64,000 bases of DNA, taken from NCBI GenBank assembly GCA_964016885.1, contig OZ024761.1:4712001-4776000 (forward strand), read 5' to 3'. Below are positions 42,103 through 57,254 of the stretch, one piece after another; the stretch's first letter is position 1; each line of letters starts with the position of its first letter. Below the pieces are notes generated by a model. That model did no database searches. It saw only the letters and a list, made by a program, of their open reading frames with translations, and was not told the origin of the DNA. A program made the translations under genes and the position numbers. The DNA is from Eledone cirrhosa (lineage: Eukaryota).

Positions 42103-45100
42103 CGACATTATAGGCAGAACTTCCAATAAGTGACATTATAGTCAGAACTTCCAATAAGTGACACTATAGCCAGAACTTCCAATAAGTGACACTATAGTCA
42201 GAACTTCCAATAAGTGACATTATAGTCAGAACGTCCAATAAGTGACATTATAGTCAGAACTTCCAATAAGTGACATTATAGTCAGAACTTCCAATAAGTG
42301 ACATTATAGTCAGAACTTCCAATAAGTGACATTATAGTCAGAACTTCCAATAAGTGACATTATAGTCAGAACTTCCAATAAGTGACATTATAGTCAGAAC
42401 TTTCAATAGGTGACACTATAGTCAGAACTTCCAATAAGTGACATTATAGTCAGAACTTCCAATAAGTGACACTATAGCCAGAACTTCCAATAAGTGACAC
42501 TATAGTCAAAACTTCCAATAAGTGACATTATAGTCAGAACTTCCAATAAGTGACATTATAGTCAAAACTTCCAGTAAGTGACATTATAGTCAGAACTTCC
42601 AATAAGTGACATTATAGTCAGAACTTCCAATAAGTGACATTATAGTCAGAACTTCCAATAAGTGCCACTATAGTTAGAACTTCCAATAAGTGCCACTATA
42701 GTTAGAACTTCCAATAAGTGACACTATAGTCAGAACTTCCAATAAGTGACACTATAGTCAGAACTTCCAATAAGTGACACTATAGTCAGAACTTCCAATA
42801 AGTGACACTATAGTTAGAACTTCCAATAAGTGACATTATAGTCAGAACTTCCAATAAGTGACATTATAGTCAGAACTTCACATAAGTGACATTATAGTCA
42901 GAACTTCACATAAGTGACATTATAGTCAGAACTTCCAATATGTGACATTATAGTTAGAACTTCCAATAAGTGACACTATAGTTAGAACTTCACAAACATG
43001 ACATTATAGTCAGAACTTCCAATGAGTGACATTATAGTCAGAACTTCACATAAGTGACATTATAGTCAGAACTTCACATAAGTGACATTATAGTCCGAAC
43101 TTCCAATAAGTGACACTATAGGCAGAACTTCCAATAAGTGACACTATAGTTAGAACTTCCAATATGTGACATTATAATCAGAACTTCCAATAAGTGACAT
43201 TATAGTCAGAACTTCCAATAAGTGACATTATAGTCAGAACTTCCAATCTGTGACATTATAGTTAGAACTTCCAATAAGTGACATTATAGTCATAACTTCC
43301 AATAAGTGACATTATAGTCAGAACTTCCAATAAGTGACACTATAGTCAGAACTTCCAATAAGTGACATTATATTCAGAACTTCCAATAAGTGACATTATA
43401 GTCAGAACTTCCAATAACTGACACTATAGTCAGAACTTCCAATATGTGACATTATAGTCAGAACTTCCAATAAGTGACACTATTGTCAGAACTTCCAATA
43501 AGTGACATTATAGTCAGAACTTCCAATATGTGACATTATAGTCAGAACTTCCAATAAGTGACACTATAGTTAGAACTTCCAATAAGTGACATTATAGTTA
43601 GAACTTCCAATAAGTGACATTATAATGAGAACTTCCAATAAGTGACATTATAGTCAGAACTTCCAATAAGTGACACTATAGTCAGAACTTCCAATATGTG
43701 ACATTATAGTCAGAACTTCCAATAAGTGACACTATTGTCAGAACTACCAATAAGTGACATTATAGTCAGAACTTCCAATAAGAGACACTATAGTTAGAAC
43801 TTCCAATAAGTGACATTATAGTCAGAACTTCCAATAAGTGACACTATAGTCAGAACTTCCAATATGTGACATTATATTTAGAACTTCCAATAAGTGACAT
43901 TATAGTCAGAACTTCCAATAAGTGACATTATAGTCAGAACTTCACATAAGTGACATTATAGTCAGAACTTCACATAAGTGACATTATAGTCAGAACTTCA
44001 CATAAGTGACATTATAGTCAGAACTTCCAATAAGTGACACTATTGTCAGAACTACCAATAAGTGACATTATAGTCAGAACTTCCAATAAGAGACACTATA
44101 GTTAGAACTTCCAATAAGTGACATTATAGTCAGAACTTCCAATAAGTGACACTATAGTCAGAACTTCCAATATGTGACATTATATTTAGAACTTCCAATA
44201 AGTGACATTATAGTCAGAACTTCCAATAAGTGACATTATAGTCAGAACTTCACATAAGTGACATTATAGTCAGAACTTCACATAAATGACATTATAGTCA
44301 GAACTTCCAATAAGTGACATTATATTCAGAACTTCCAATAAGTGACATTATAGTCAGAACTTCCAATAGGTGACACTATAGTCAGAACTTCCAATAAGTG
44401 ACACTATAGTCAGAACTTCCAATAAGTGACATTATAGTCAGAACTTCCAATATGTGACATTATAGTTAGAACTTCCAATAAGTGACATTATAGTCAGAAC
44501 TTCCAATAAGTGACACTATAGTCAGAACTTCCAATAAGTGACATTATAGTCAGAACTTCCAATAAGTGACATTATAGTCAAAACTTCCAATAAGAGACAT
44601 TATAGTCAGAACTTCCAATAAGTGACATTATAATCAGAACTTCCAATAAGTGACATTATAGTCAGAACTTCCAATAAGTGACACTATAGCCAGAGCTTCC
44701 AATAAGTGACATTATAGTCAGAACTTCCAATAAGTGACAATATAGTCAGAACTTCCAATAGGTGACATTATAGTCAGAACTTCCAACAAGTGACAATATA
44801 GTCAGAACTTCCAATAAGTGACACTATAGTCAGAACTTCCAATATGTGACATTATAGTTAGAACTTCTAATAAGTGACATTATAGTCAGAACTTCCAATA
44901 AGTTACATTATAGTCACAACTTCCAATAAGTGACACTATAGTCAGAACTTCCAATAAGTGACACTATAGTCATAACTTCCAATAAGTGACATTATAGTCA
45001 AAACTTCCAGTAAGTGACATTATAGTCAGAACTTCCAATAAGTTACACTATAGTCAGAACTTCCAATAAGTTACACTATAGTCAGAACTTCCAATAAGTG

Positions 45101-48100
45101 ACACTATAGTCAGAACTTCCAATAAGTGCCACTATATTTGGAACTTCCAATAAGTGACACTATAGTCAGAACTTCCAATAAGTGACACTATAGTCAGAAC
45201 TTCCAGTAAGTGACATTATAGTTAGAACTTCACATAAGTGACATTATAGTCAGAACTTCCAATATGTGACATTATATTCAGAACTTCCAATAGGTGACAC
45301 TATAGTTAGAACTTCCAATAAGTGCCACTATAGTCAGAACTTCCAATAAGTGACATTATAGTCAGAACTTCCAATAAGTGACACTATAGTCAGAACTTCC
45401 AATATGTGACATTATATTTAGAACTTCCAATAAGTGACATTATAGTCAGAACTTCTAATAAGTGACATTATAGTCAGAACTTCACATAAGTGACATTATA
45501 GTCAGAACTTCACATAAGTGACATTATAGTCAGAACTTCACATAAGTGACATTATAGTCAGAACTTCCAATATGTGACATTATAGTTAGAACTTCCAATA
45601 AGTGACACTATAGTTAGAACTTCACAAACATGACATTATAGTCAGAACTTTCAATGAGTGACATTATAGTCAGAACTTCACATAAGTGACATTATAGTCA
45701 GAACTTCACATAAGTGACATTATAGTCAGAACTTTCAATAAGTGACACTATAGTCAGAACTTCCAATAAGTGACATTATAATCAGAACTTCCAATAAGTG
45801 ACATTATAGTCAGAACTTCCAATAAGTGACACTATAGCCAGAACTTCCAATAAGTGACATTATAGTCAGAACTTCCAATAAGTGACATTATAGTCAGAAC
45901 TTCCAATAAGTGACACTATAGTCAGAACTTCCAATAAGTGACATTATAGTCAGAACTTCCAATAAGTGACATTATAGTCAAAACTTCCAGTAAGTGACAT
46001 TATAGTCAGAACTTCCAATAAGTGACATTATAGTCAGAACTTCCAATAAGTGACATTATAGTCAGAACTTCCAATAAGTGCCACTATAGTTAGAACTTCC
46101 AATAAGTGCCACTATAGTTAGAACTTCCAATAAGTGACACTATAGTCAGAACTTCCAATAAGTGACACTATAGTCAGAACTTCCAATAAGTGACACTATA
46201 GTCAGAACTTCCAATAAGTGACACTATAGTTAGAACTTCCAATAAGTGACATTATAGTCAGAACTTCCAATAAGTGACATTATAGTCAGAACTTCACATA
46301 AGTGACATTATAGTCAGAACTTCACATAAGTGACATTATAGTCAGAACTTCCAATATGTGACATTATAGTTAGAACTTCCAATAAGTGACACTATAGTTA
46401 GAACTTCACAAACATGACATTATAGTCAGAACTTCCAATGAGTGACATTATAGTCAGAACTTCACATAAGTGACATTATAGTCAGAACTTCACATAAGTG
46501 ACATTATAGTCCGAATTTCCAATAAGTGACACTATAGGCAGAACTTCCAATAAGTGACACTATAGTTAGAACTTCCAATATGTGACATTATAATCAGAAC
46601 TTCCAATAAGTGACATTATAGTCAGAACTTCCAATAAGTGACATTATAGTCAGAACTTCCAATCTGTGACATTATAGTTAGAACTTCCAATAAGTGACAT
46701 TATAGTCATAACTTCCAATAAGTGACATTATAGTCAGAACTTCCAATAAGTGACACTATAGTCAGAACTTCCAATAAGTGACATTATATTCAGAACTTCC
46801 AATAAGTGACATTATAGTCAGAACTTCCAATAACTGACACTATAGTCAGAACTTCCAATATGTGACATTATAGTCAGAACTTCCAATAAGTGACACTATT
46901 GTCAGAACTTCCAATAAGTGACATTATAGTCAGAACTTCCAATATGTGACATTATAGTCAGAACTTCCAATAAGTGACACTATAGTTAGAACTTCCAATA
47001 AGTGACATTATAGTTAGAACTTCCAATAAGTGACATTATAATGAGAACTTCCAATAAGTGACATTATAGTCAGAACTTCCAATAAGTGACACTATAGTCA
47101 GAACTTCCAATATGTGACATTATAGTCAGAACTTCCAATAAGTGACACTATTGTCAGAACTACCAATAAGTGACATTATAGTCAGAACTTCCAATAAGAG
47201 ACACTATAGTTAGAACTTCCAATAAGTGACATTATAGTCAGAACTTCCAATAAGTGACACTATAGTCAGAACTTCCAATATGTGACATTATATTTAGAAC
47301 TTCCAATAAGTGACATTATAGTCAGAACTTCCAATAAGTGACATTATAGTCAGAACTTCACATAAGTGACATTATAGTCAGAACTTCACATAAGTGACAT
47401 TATAGTCAGAACTTCACATAAGTGACATTATAGTCAGAACTTCCAATAAGTGACACTATTGTCAGAACTACCAATAAGTGACATTATAGTCAGAACTTCC
47501 AATAAGAGACACTATAGTTAGAACTTCCAATAAGTGACATTATAGTCAGAACTTCCAATAAGTGACACTATAGTCAGAACTTCCAATATGTGACATTATA
47601 TTTAGAACTTCCAATAAGTGACATTATAGTCAGAACTTCCAATAAGTGACATTATAGTCAGAACTTCACATAAGTGACATTATAGTCAGAACTTCACATA
47701 AATGACATTATAGTCAGAACTTCCAATAAGTGACATTATATTCAGAACTTCCAATAAGTGACATTATAGTCAGAACTTCCAATAGGTGACACTATAGTCA
47801 GAACTTCCAATAAGTGACACTATAGTCAGAACTTCCAATAAGTGACATTATAGTCAGAACTTCCAATATGTGACATTATAGTTAGAACTTCCAATAAGTG
47901 ACATTATAGTCAGAACTTCCAATAAGTGACACTATAGTCAGAACTTCCAATAAGTGACATTATAGTCAGAACTTCCAATAAGTGACATTATAGTCAAAAC
48001 TTCCAATAAGAGACATTATAGTCAGAACTTCCAATAAGTGACATTATAATCAGAACTTCCAATAAGTGACATTATAGTCAGAACTTCCAATAAGTGACAC

Positions 48101-51100
48101 TATAGCCAGAGCTTCCAATAAGTGACATTATAGTCAGAACTTCCAATAAGTGACAATATAGTCAGAACTTCCAATAGGTGACATTATAGTCAGAACTTCC
48201 AACAAGTGACAATATAGTCAGAACTTCCAATAAGTGACACTATAGTCAGAACTTCCAATATGTGACATTATAGTTAGAACTTCTAATAAGTGACATTATA
48301 GTCAGAACTTCCAATAAGTTACATTATAGTCACAACTTCCAATAAGTGACACTATAGTCAGAACTTCCAATAAGTGACACTATAGTCATAACTTCCAATA
48401 AGTGACATTATAGTCAAAACTTCCAGTAAGTGACATTATAGTCAGAACTTCCAATAAGTTACACTATAGTCAGAACTTCCAATAAGTTACACTATAGTCA
48501 GAACTTCCAATAAGTGACACTATAGTCAGAACTTCCAATAAGTGCCACTATATTTGGAACTTCCAATAAGTGACACTATAGTCAGAACTTCCAATAAGTG
48601 ACACTATAGTCAGAACTTCCAGTAAGTGACATTATAGTTAGAACTTCACATAAGTGACATTATAGTCAGAACTTCCAATATGTGACATTATATTCAGAAC
48701 TTCCAATAGGTGACACTATAGTTAGAACTTCCAATAAGTGCCACTATAGTCAGAACTTCCAATAAGTGACATTATAGTCAGAACTTCCAATAAGTGACAC
48801 TATAGTCAGAACTTCCAATATGTGACATTATATTTAGAACTTCCAATAAGTGACATTATAGTCAGAACTTCTAATAAGTGACATTATAGTCAGAACTTCA
48901 CATAAGTGACATTATAGTCAGAACTTCACATAAGTGACATTATAGTCAGAACTTCACATAAGTGACATTATAGTCAGAACTTCCAATATGTGACATTATA
49001 GTTAGAACTTCCAATAAGTGACACTATAGTTAGAACTTCACAAACATGACATTATAGTCAGAACTTTCAATGAGTGACATTATAGTCAGAACTTCACATA
49101 AGTGACATTATAGTCAGAACTTCACATAAGTGACATTATAGTCAGAACTTTCAATAAGTGACACTATAGTCAGAACTTCCAATAAGTGACATTATAATCA
49201 GAACTTCCAATAAGTGACATTATAGTCAGAACTTCCAATAAGTGACACTATAGCCAGAACTTCCAATAAGTGACATTATAGTCAGAACTTCCAATAAGTG
49301 ACATTATAGTCAGAACTTCCAATAAGTGACACTATAGTCAGAACTTCCAATAAGTGACATTATAGTCAGAACTTCCAATAAGTGACATTATAGTCAGAAT
49401 TTCCAATAGGTGACACTATAGTTAGAACTTCCAATATGTGACATTATAGTCAGAACTTCCAGTGAGTGACACTATAGTCAGAACTTCCAATAAGTACCAT
49501 TATAGTCAGAACTTCCAATAAGTGACACTATAGTCAGAACTTCCAATAAGTGACACTATAGTCAGAACTTCCAATATGTGACATTATAGTTAGAACTTCC
49601 AATAAGTGACATTATAGTTAGAACTTCCAATAAGTGACACTATGGTCAGAACTTCCAATAAGTGACATTATAGTTAGAACTTCCAATAAGTGACATTATA
49701 GTTAGAATTTCCAATAAGTGACATTATAGTTAGAACTTCCAATCAGTGACCTTATAGTCAGAACTTCCAATAAGTGACATTATAGTCAGAACTTCCAATA
49801 AGTGACATTATAGTCAGAACTTCCAATAAGTGACATTATAGTCAGAACTTCCAATAAGTGACACTATAGTCAGAACTTCCAATAAGTGACACTATTGTCA
49901 GAACTTCCAATAAGTGACATTATATTCAGAACTTCCAATAAGTGACATTATAGTCAGAACTTCCAATAGGTGACACTATAGTCAGAACTTCCAATAAGTG
50001 ACACTATAGTCAGAATTTCCAATATGTGACATTATAGTTAGAACTTCTAATAAGTGACATTATAGTCAGAACTTCCAATAAGTGACATTATAGTCACAAC
50101 TTCCAATAAGTGACACTATAGTCAGAACTTCCAATAAGTGACACTATAGTCATAACTTCCAATAAGTGACATTATAGTCAAAACTTCCAGTAAGTGACAT
50201 TATAGTCAGAACTTCCAATAAGTTACACTATAGTCAGAACTTCCAATAAGTTACACTATAGTCAGAACTTCCAATAAGTGACACTATAGTCAGAACTTCC
50301 AATAAGTGCCACTATATTTGGAACTTCCAATAAGTGACACTATAGTCAGAACTTCCAATAAGTGACACTATAGTCAGAACTTTCAGTAAGTGACATTATA
50401 GTTAGAACTTCACATAAGTGACATTATAGTCAGAACTTCCAATATGTGACATTATATTCAGAACTTCCAATAGGTGACACTATAGTTAGAACTTCCAATA
50501 AGTGCCACTATAGTCAGAACTTCCAATAAGTGACATTATAGTCAGAACTTCCAATAAGTGACACTATAGTCAGAACTTCCAATATGTGACATTATATTTA
50601 GAACTTCCAATAAGTGACATTATAGTCAGAACTTCCAATAAGTGACATTATAGTCAGAACTTCACATAAGTGACATTATAGTCAGAACTTCACATAAGTG
50701 ACATTATAGTCAGAACTTCACATAAGTGACATTATAGTCAGAACTTCCAATATGTGACATTATAGTTAGAACTTCCAATAAGTGACACTATAGTTAGAAC
50801 TTCACAAACATGACATTATAGTCAGAACTTTCAATGAGTGACATTATAGTCAGAACTTCACATAAGTGACATTATAGTCAGAACTTCCAATAAGTGACAC
50901 TATAGTCAGAACTTCCAATAAGTGACATTATAATCAGAACTTCCAATAAGTGACATTATAGTCAGAACTTCCAATAAGTGACACTATAGCCAGAACTTCC
51001 AATAAGTGACATTATAGTCAGAACTTCCAATAAGTGACATTATAGTCAGAACTTCCAATAAGTGACACTATAGTCAGAACTTCCAATAAGTGACATTATA

Positions 51101-54100
51101 GTCAGAACTTCCAATAAGTGACATTATAGTCAGAATTTCCAATAGGTGACACTATAGTTAGAACTTCCAATATGTGACATTATAGTCAGAACTTCCAGTG
51201 AGTGACACTATAGTCAGAACTTCCAATAAGTACCATTATAGACAGAACTTCCAATAAGTGACACTATAGTCAGAACTTCCAATAAGTGACACTATAGTCA
51301 GAACTTCCAATATGTGACATTATAGTTAGAACTTCCAATAAGTGACATTATAGTTAGAACTTCCAATAAGTGACACTATGGTCAGAACTTCCAATAAGTG
51401 ACATTATAGTTAGAACTTCCAATAAGTGACATTATAGTTAGAATTTCCAATAAGTGACATTATAGTTAGAACTTCCAATCAGTGACCTTATAGTCAGAAC
51501 TTCCAATAAGTGACATTATAGTCAGAACTTCCAATAAGTGACATTATAGTCAGAACTTCCAATAAGTGACATTATAGTCAGAACTTCCAATAAGTGACAC
51601 TATAGTCAGAACTTCCAATAAGTGACACTATCGTCAGAACTTCCAATAAGTGACATTATATTCAGAACTTCCAATAAGTGACATTATAGTCAGAACTTCC
51701 AATAGGTGACACTATAGTCAGAACTTCCAATAAGTGACACTATAGTCAGAACTTCCAATAAGTGACATTATAGTCAGAACTTCCAATATGTGACATAATA
51801 GTTAGAACTTCCAATAAGTGACATTATAGTCAGAACTTCCAATAAGTGACACTATAGTCAGAACTTCCAATAAGTGACATTATAGTCAGAACTTCCAATA
51901 AGTGACATTATAGACAGAACTTCCAATAAGTGACACTATAGCCAGAGCTTCCAATAAGTGACATTATAGTCAGAACTTCCAATAAGTGACAATATAGTCA
52001 GAACTTCCAATAGGTGACATTATAGTCAGAACTTCCAACAAGTGACAATATAGTCAGAACTTCCAATAAGTGACACTATAGTCAGAATTTCCAATATGTG
52101 ACATTATAGTTAGAACTTCTAATAAGTGACATTATAGTCAGAACTTCCAATAAGTGACATTATAGTCACAACTTCCAATAAGTGACACTATAGTCAGAAC
52201 TTCCAATAAGTGACACTATAGTCATAACTTCCAATAAGTGACATTATAGTCAAAACTTCCAGTAAGTGACATTATAGTCAGAACTTCCAATAAGTTACAC
52301 TATAGTCAGAACTTCCAATAAGTTACACTATAGTCAGAACTTCCAATAAGTGACACTATAGTCAGAACTTCCAATAAGTGCCACTATATTTGGAACTTCC
52401 AATAAGTGACACTATAGTCAGAACTTCCAATAAGTGACACTATAGTCAGAACTTCCAGTAAGTGACATTATAGTTAGAACTTCACATAAGTGACATTATA
52501 GTCAGAACTTCCAATATGTGACATTATATTCAGAACTTCCAATAGGTGACACTATAGTTAGAACTTCCAATAAGTGCCACTATAGTCAGAACTTCCAATA
52601 AGTGACATTATAGTCAGAACTTCCAATAAGTGACACTATAGTCAGAACTTCCAATATGTGACATTATATTTAGAACTTCCAATAAGTGACATTATAGTCA
52701 GAACTTCCAATAAGTGACATTATAGTCAGAACTTCACATAAGTGACATTATAGTCAGAACTTCACATAAGTGACATTATAGTCAGAACTTCACATAAGTG
52801 ACATTATAGTCAGAACTTCCAATATGTGACATTATAGTTAGAACTTCCAATAAGTGACACTATAGTTAGAACTTCACAAACATGACATTATAGTCAGAAC
52901 TTTCAATGAGTGACATTATAGTCAGAACTTCACATAAGTGACATTATAGTCAGAACTTCACATAAGTGACATTATAGTCAGAACTTCCAATAAGTGACAC
53001 TATAGTCAGAACTTCCAATAAGTGACATTATAATCAGAACTTCCAATAAGTGACATTATAGTCAGAACTTCCAATAAGTGACACTATAGCCAGAACTTCC
53101 AATAAGTGACATTATAGTCAGAACTTCCAATATGTGACATTATAGTCAGAACTTCCAATAAGTGACACTATAGTCAGAACTTCCAATAAGTGACATTATA
53201 GTCAGAACTTCCAATAAGTGATATTATAGTCAGAATTTCCAATAGGTGACACTATAGTTAGAACTTCCAATATGTGACATTATAGTCAGAACTTCCAGTG
53301 AGTGACACTATAGTCAGAACTTCCAATAAGTACCATTATAGTCAGAACTTCCAATAAGTGACACTATAGTCAGAACTTCCAATAAGTGACACTATAGTCA
53401 GAACTTCCAATATGTGACATTATAGTTAGAACTTCCAATAAGTGACATTATAGTTAGAACTTCCAATAAGTGACACTATGGTCAGAACTTCCAATAAGTG
53501 ACATTATAGTTAGAACTTCCAATAAGTGACATTATAGTTAGAATTTCCAATAAGTGACATTATAGTTAGAACTTCCAATCAGTGACCTTATAGTCAGAAC
53601 TTCCAATAAGTGACATTATAGTCAGAACTTCCAATAAGTGACATTATAGTCAGAACTTCCAATAAGTGACATTATAGTCAGAACTTCCAATAAGTGACAC
53701 TATAGTCAGAACTTCCAATAAGTGACACTATTGTCAGAACTTCCAATAAGTGACATTATATTCAGAACTTCCAATAAGTGACATTATAGTCAGAACTTCC
53801 AATAGGTGACACTATAGTCAGAACTTCCAATAAGTGACACTATAGTCAGAACTTCCAATAAGTGACATTATAGTCAGAACTTCCAATATGTGACATAATA
53901 GTTAGAACTTCCAATAAGTGACATTATAGTCAGAACTTCCAATAAGTGACACTATAGTCAGAACTTCCAATAAGTGACATTATAGTCAGAACTTCCAATA
54001 AGTGACATTATAATCAGAACTTCCAATAAGTGACATTATAGTCAGAACTTCCAATAAGTGACATTATAGTCAGAACTTCCAATAAGAGACATTATAGTCA

Positions 54101-55651
54101 GAACTTCCAATAAGTGACATTATAATCAGAACTTCCAATAAGTGACATTATAGACAGAACTTCCAATAAGTGACACTATAGCCAGAGCTTCCAATAAGTG
54201 ACATTATAGTCAGAACTTCCAATAAGTGACAATATAGTCAGAACTTCCAATAGGTGACATTATAGTCAGAACTTCCAACAAGTGACAATATAGTCAGAAC
54301 TTCCAATAAGTGACACTATAGTCAGAATTTCCAATATGTGACATTATAGTTAGAACTTCTAATAAGTGACATTATAGTCAGAACTTCCAATAAGTGACAT
54401 TATAGTCACAACTTCCAATAAGTGACACTATAGTCAGAACTTCCAATAAGTGACACTATAGTCATAACTTCCAATAAGTGACATTATAGTCAAAACTTCC
54501 AGTAAGTGACATTATAGTCAGAACTTCCAATAAGTTACACTATATTCAGAACTTCCAATAAGTTACACTATAGTCAGAACTTCCAATAAGTGACACTATA
54601 GTCAGAACTTCCAATAAGTGCCACTATATTTGGAACTTCCAATAAGTGACACTATAGTCAGAACTTCCAATAAGTGACACTATATTCAGAACTTCCAGTA
54701 AGTGACATTATAGTTAGAACTTCACATAAGTGACATTATAGTCAGAACTTCCAATATGTGACATTATATTCAGAACTTCCAATAGGTGACACTATAGTTA
54801 GAACTTCCAATAAGTGCCACTATAGTCAGAACTTCCAATAAGTGACATTATAGTCAGAACTTCCAATAAGTGACATTATAGTCAGAACTTCCAATAAGTG
54901 ACATTATAGTCAGAACTTCCAATAAGTGACATTATACTAAGAACTTCCAATAAGTGACACTATAGTCAGAACTTCCAATAAGTGACACTATAGTCAGAAC
55001 TTCCAATAAGTGACACTATAGTCAGAACTTCCAATAAGTGACATTATAATCAGAACTTCTAATATGTGACATTATATTTAGAACTTCACATAAGTGACAT
55101 TATAGTCAGAACTTCCAATATGTGACATTATATTCAGAACTTCCAATAGGTGACACTATAGTCAGAACTTCCAATAAGTGCCACTATAGTCAGAACTTCC
55201 AATAAGTGACACTATAGTCAGAACTTCCAATAAGTGACATTATAATCAGAACTTCTAATATGTGACATTATATTTAGAACTTCACATAAGTGACATTATC
55301 GTCAGAACTTCCGATATGTGACATTATATTCAGAACTTCCAATAGGTGACACTATAGTTAGAACTTCCAATAAGTGCCACTATAGTCAGAACTTCCAATA
55401 AGTGACATTATTGTCAGAACTTCCAATAAGTGACACTATTGTCAGAACTTCCAATAAGTGACGTTATAGTTAGAACTTCAAATAAGTGACATTATAGTCA
55501 GAACTTCCAATAAGTGACACTATAGTTAGAACTTCCAATAAGTGACATTATAGTCAAAACTTCCAATAAGTGACATTATAGTCATAACTTCCAATAAGTG
55601 ACATTATAGTCAGAACTTACAATAAGTGACACTATAGTCAGAACTTCCAAT
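42103..55651. repeat. 28-bp satellite array (~480 units, 13.5 kb) inside transferrin intron 3
   Basis: Consensus GTCAGAACTTCCAATAAGTGACAYTATA; variant blocks recur at multiples of 28. Confidence 0.98.
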
Positions 55652-55949
55652 CTGCGGGCGAAGATTCAATGAAAGCCACCAGGTGTCTTTGAATGTGAAA
55701 AGACCCATTCGTGGGCGATTGCTGCTGGGATGCAACTTAAAAGCCAAAATGTTATATTACAAAATCCCTCTAAATTCCTGTTTCCTAGGGCCTATCTTTC
55801 ACGTGCATAGGCCCTAATCTCTATGAAATTTTAAGCCCTTCCCTAGAAAATATTATTATAACTTTTCATATAAATTTTAATGATAAAGAATAAATAATTA
55901 ATGTTTAATAATTAAAAATTAATAAAATAAAAAGATTTTTTTAAAACTG

Positions 55950-56392
55950 AGACCCCTCTGGGGTGTGAGGCCAAAGGGTACAGCTTGTAGGTAAACCCAG
56001 CTCTGATTACCAGTATGGGACCCCTGCTGGGATGTGAGGTCCAAAGCTATAATTTATTTCGTTTATAGGTAAGCCCAGCTCTGATTACCAGTATGGGACC
56101 CCTGCTGGGATGTGAGGCCCAAAGCTATAGTTTATCTAGTTTATAGGTAAACCCAGCTCTGATTACCAGTATGGGACCCCTGCTGGGATGTGAGGTCCAA
56201 AGCTATAGTTTATCTAGTTTGTAGGTAAACCCAGCTCTGATTACCAGTATGGGACCCCTGCTGGGATGTGAGGTCCAAAGCTATAGTTTATCTAGTTTAT
56301 AGGTAAGCCCAGCTCTGATTACCAGTATGAGACCCCACTGGGGTGTGAGACCAAAGGCTATAGCTTATCTAGTTTATAGGTAAGCCCAGCTT
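55950..56392. repeat. 78-bp tandem repeat, ~5.5 copies
   Basis: CCCAGCTCTGATTACCAGTATGGGACCCCTGCTGGG... at 55996, 56074, 56152 and onward. Confidence 0.9.
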
Positions 56393-56596
56393 TATTATTT
56401 TCAAAAGGATTTGGAAATTATAGGCTGTGTCTTTCATTTCACATAGAGTTATAAATTATCTTTCATTTCACATAGAGTTATAAATTATCTTTCATTTCAC
56501 ATAGAGTTATAAAATTGTTGAAGACGAGGTCTTGGAATGTTTCTTCTCAAGAATGTTATTGATATTTCTTTGATATCTAATGTTTTCTCTCTAGAA

Positions 56597-57164
56597 CAAC
56601 GTTTCTAAACCAGTGTTCCTCAGAACCCTAGGGTCCAGCAATAAGTCGCTAGGGGTTCCGTGAGAAACTCTGATAAATAAGCTAATACATTTTTGAGTAA
56701 TTTCATATTCATAATTTTACCACACACGTATGACATATTGTTGGAAGATCCTTGGTTATCCCAAGAAAATATATTATGTTTACCACGTGACTACAATAAA
56801 AAATATTAAATATTAATCATGGTATATAATAATTTTTATGCAGGAGTTTCCAGGTCACATGAAAACTATTTCAAAGGATGTGAAGGCGTATGGCTTAGTC
56901 GTTAGAACATTGGACTTGCAATAGAAAGGTTGTGAGTTCATTTCTCGAATTGGGTGATGTGTTGTTTCCTTGATGTGTTTATTTCACGTTGCTCCAGTTT
57001 ACTCAGCTGTAGAAATGAGATGATAGGACTGGGTTCCCTATCATTAAATTACCCAAGACACCTCCAACGAGATATACTTGGAGGAGGCCAGTTAAACTTG
57101 CATAGGTGTGAGCTGTCACACACACACACTACACATACAAGGTTAAAAAGGCTGGGAAACGCTG
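56597..57164. mobile_element. hAT Charlie-like non-autonomous transposon with nested SINE (~56885-57130)
   Basis: Ends CAACGTTTCT / GGAAACGCTG; 8-bp target duplication CTCTAGAA / TTCTAGAA, matching the Charlie NTCTAGAN preference. Confidence 0.75.
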
Positions 57165-57254
57165 TTCTAGAATGTTCCTGATATTTATTTGGTATCTAAC
57201 GTTTTCACAAAATATTCCCATATTCTATATTCCTTGTCTTTATTTCCTATCTAG

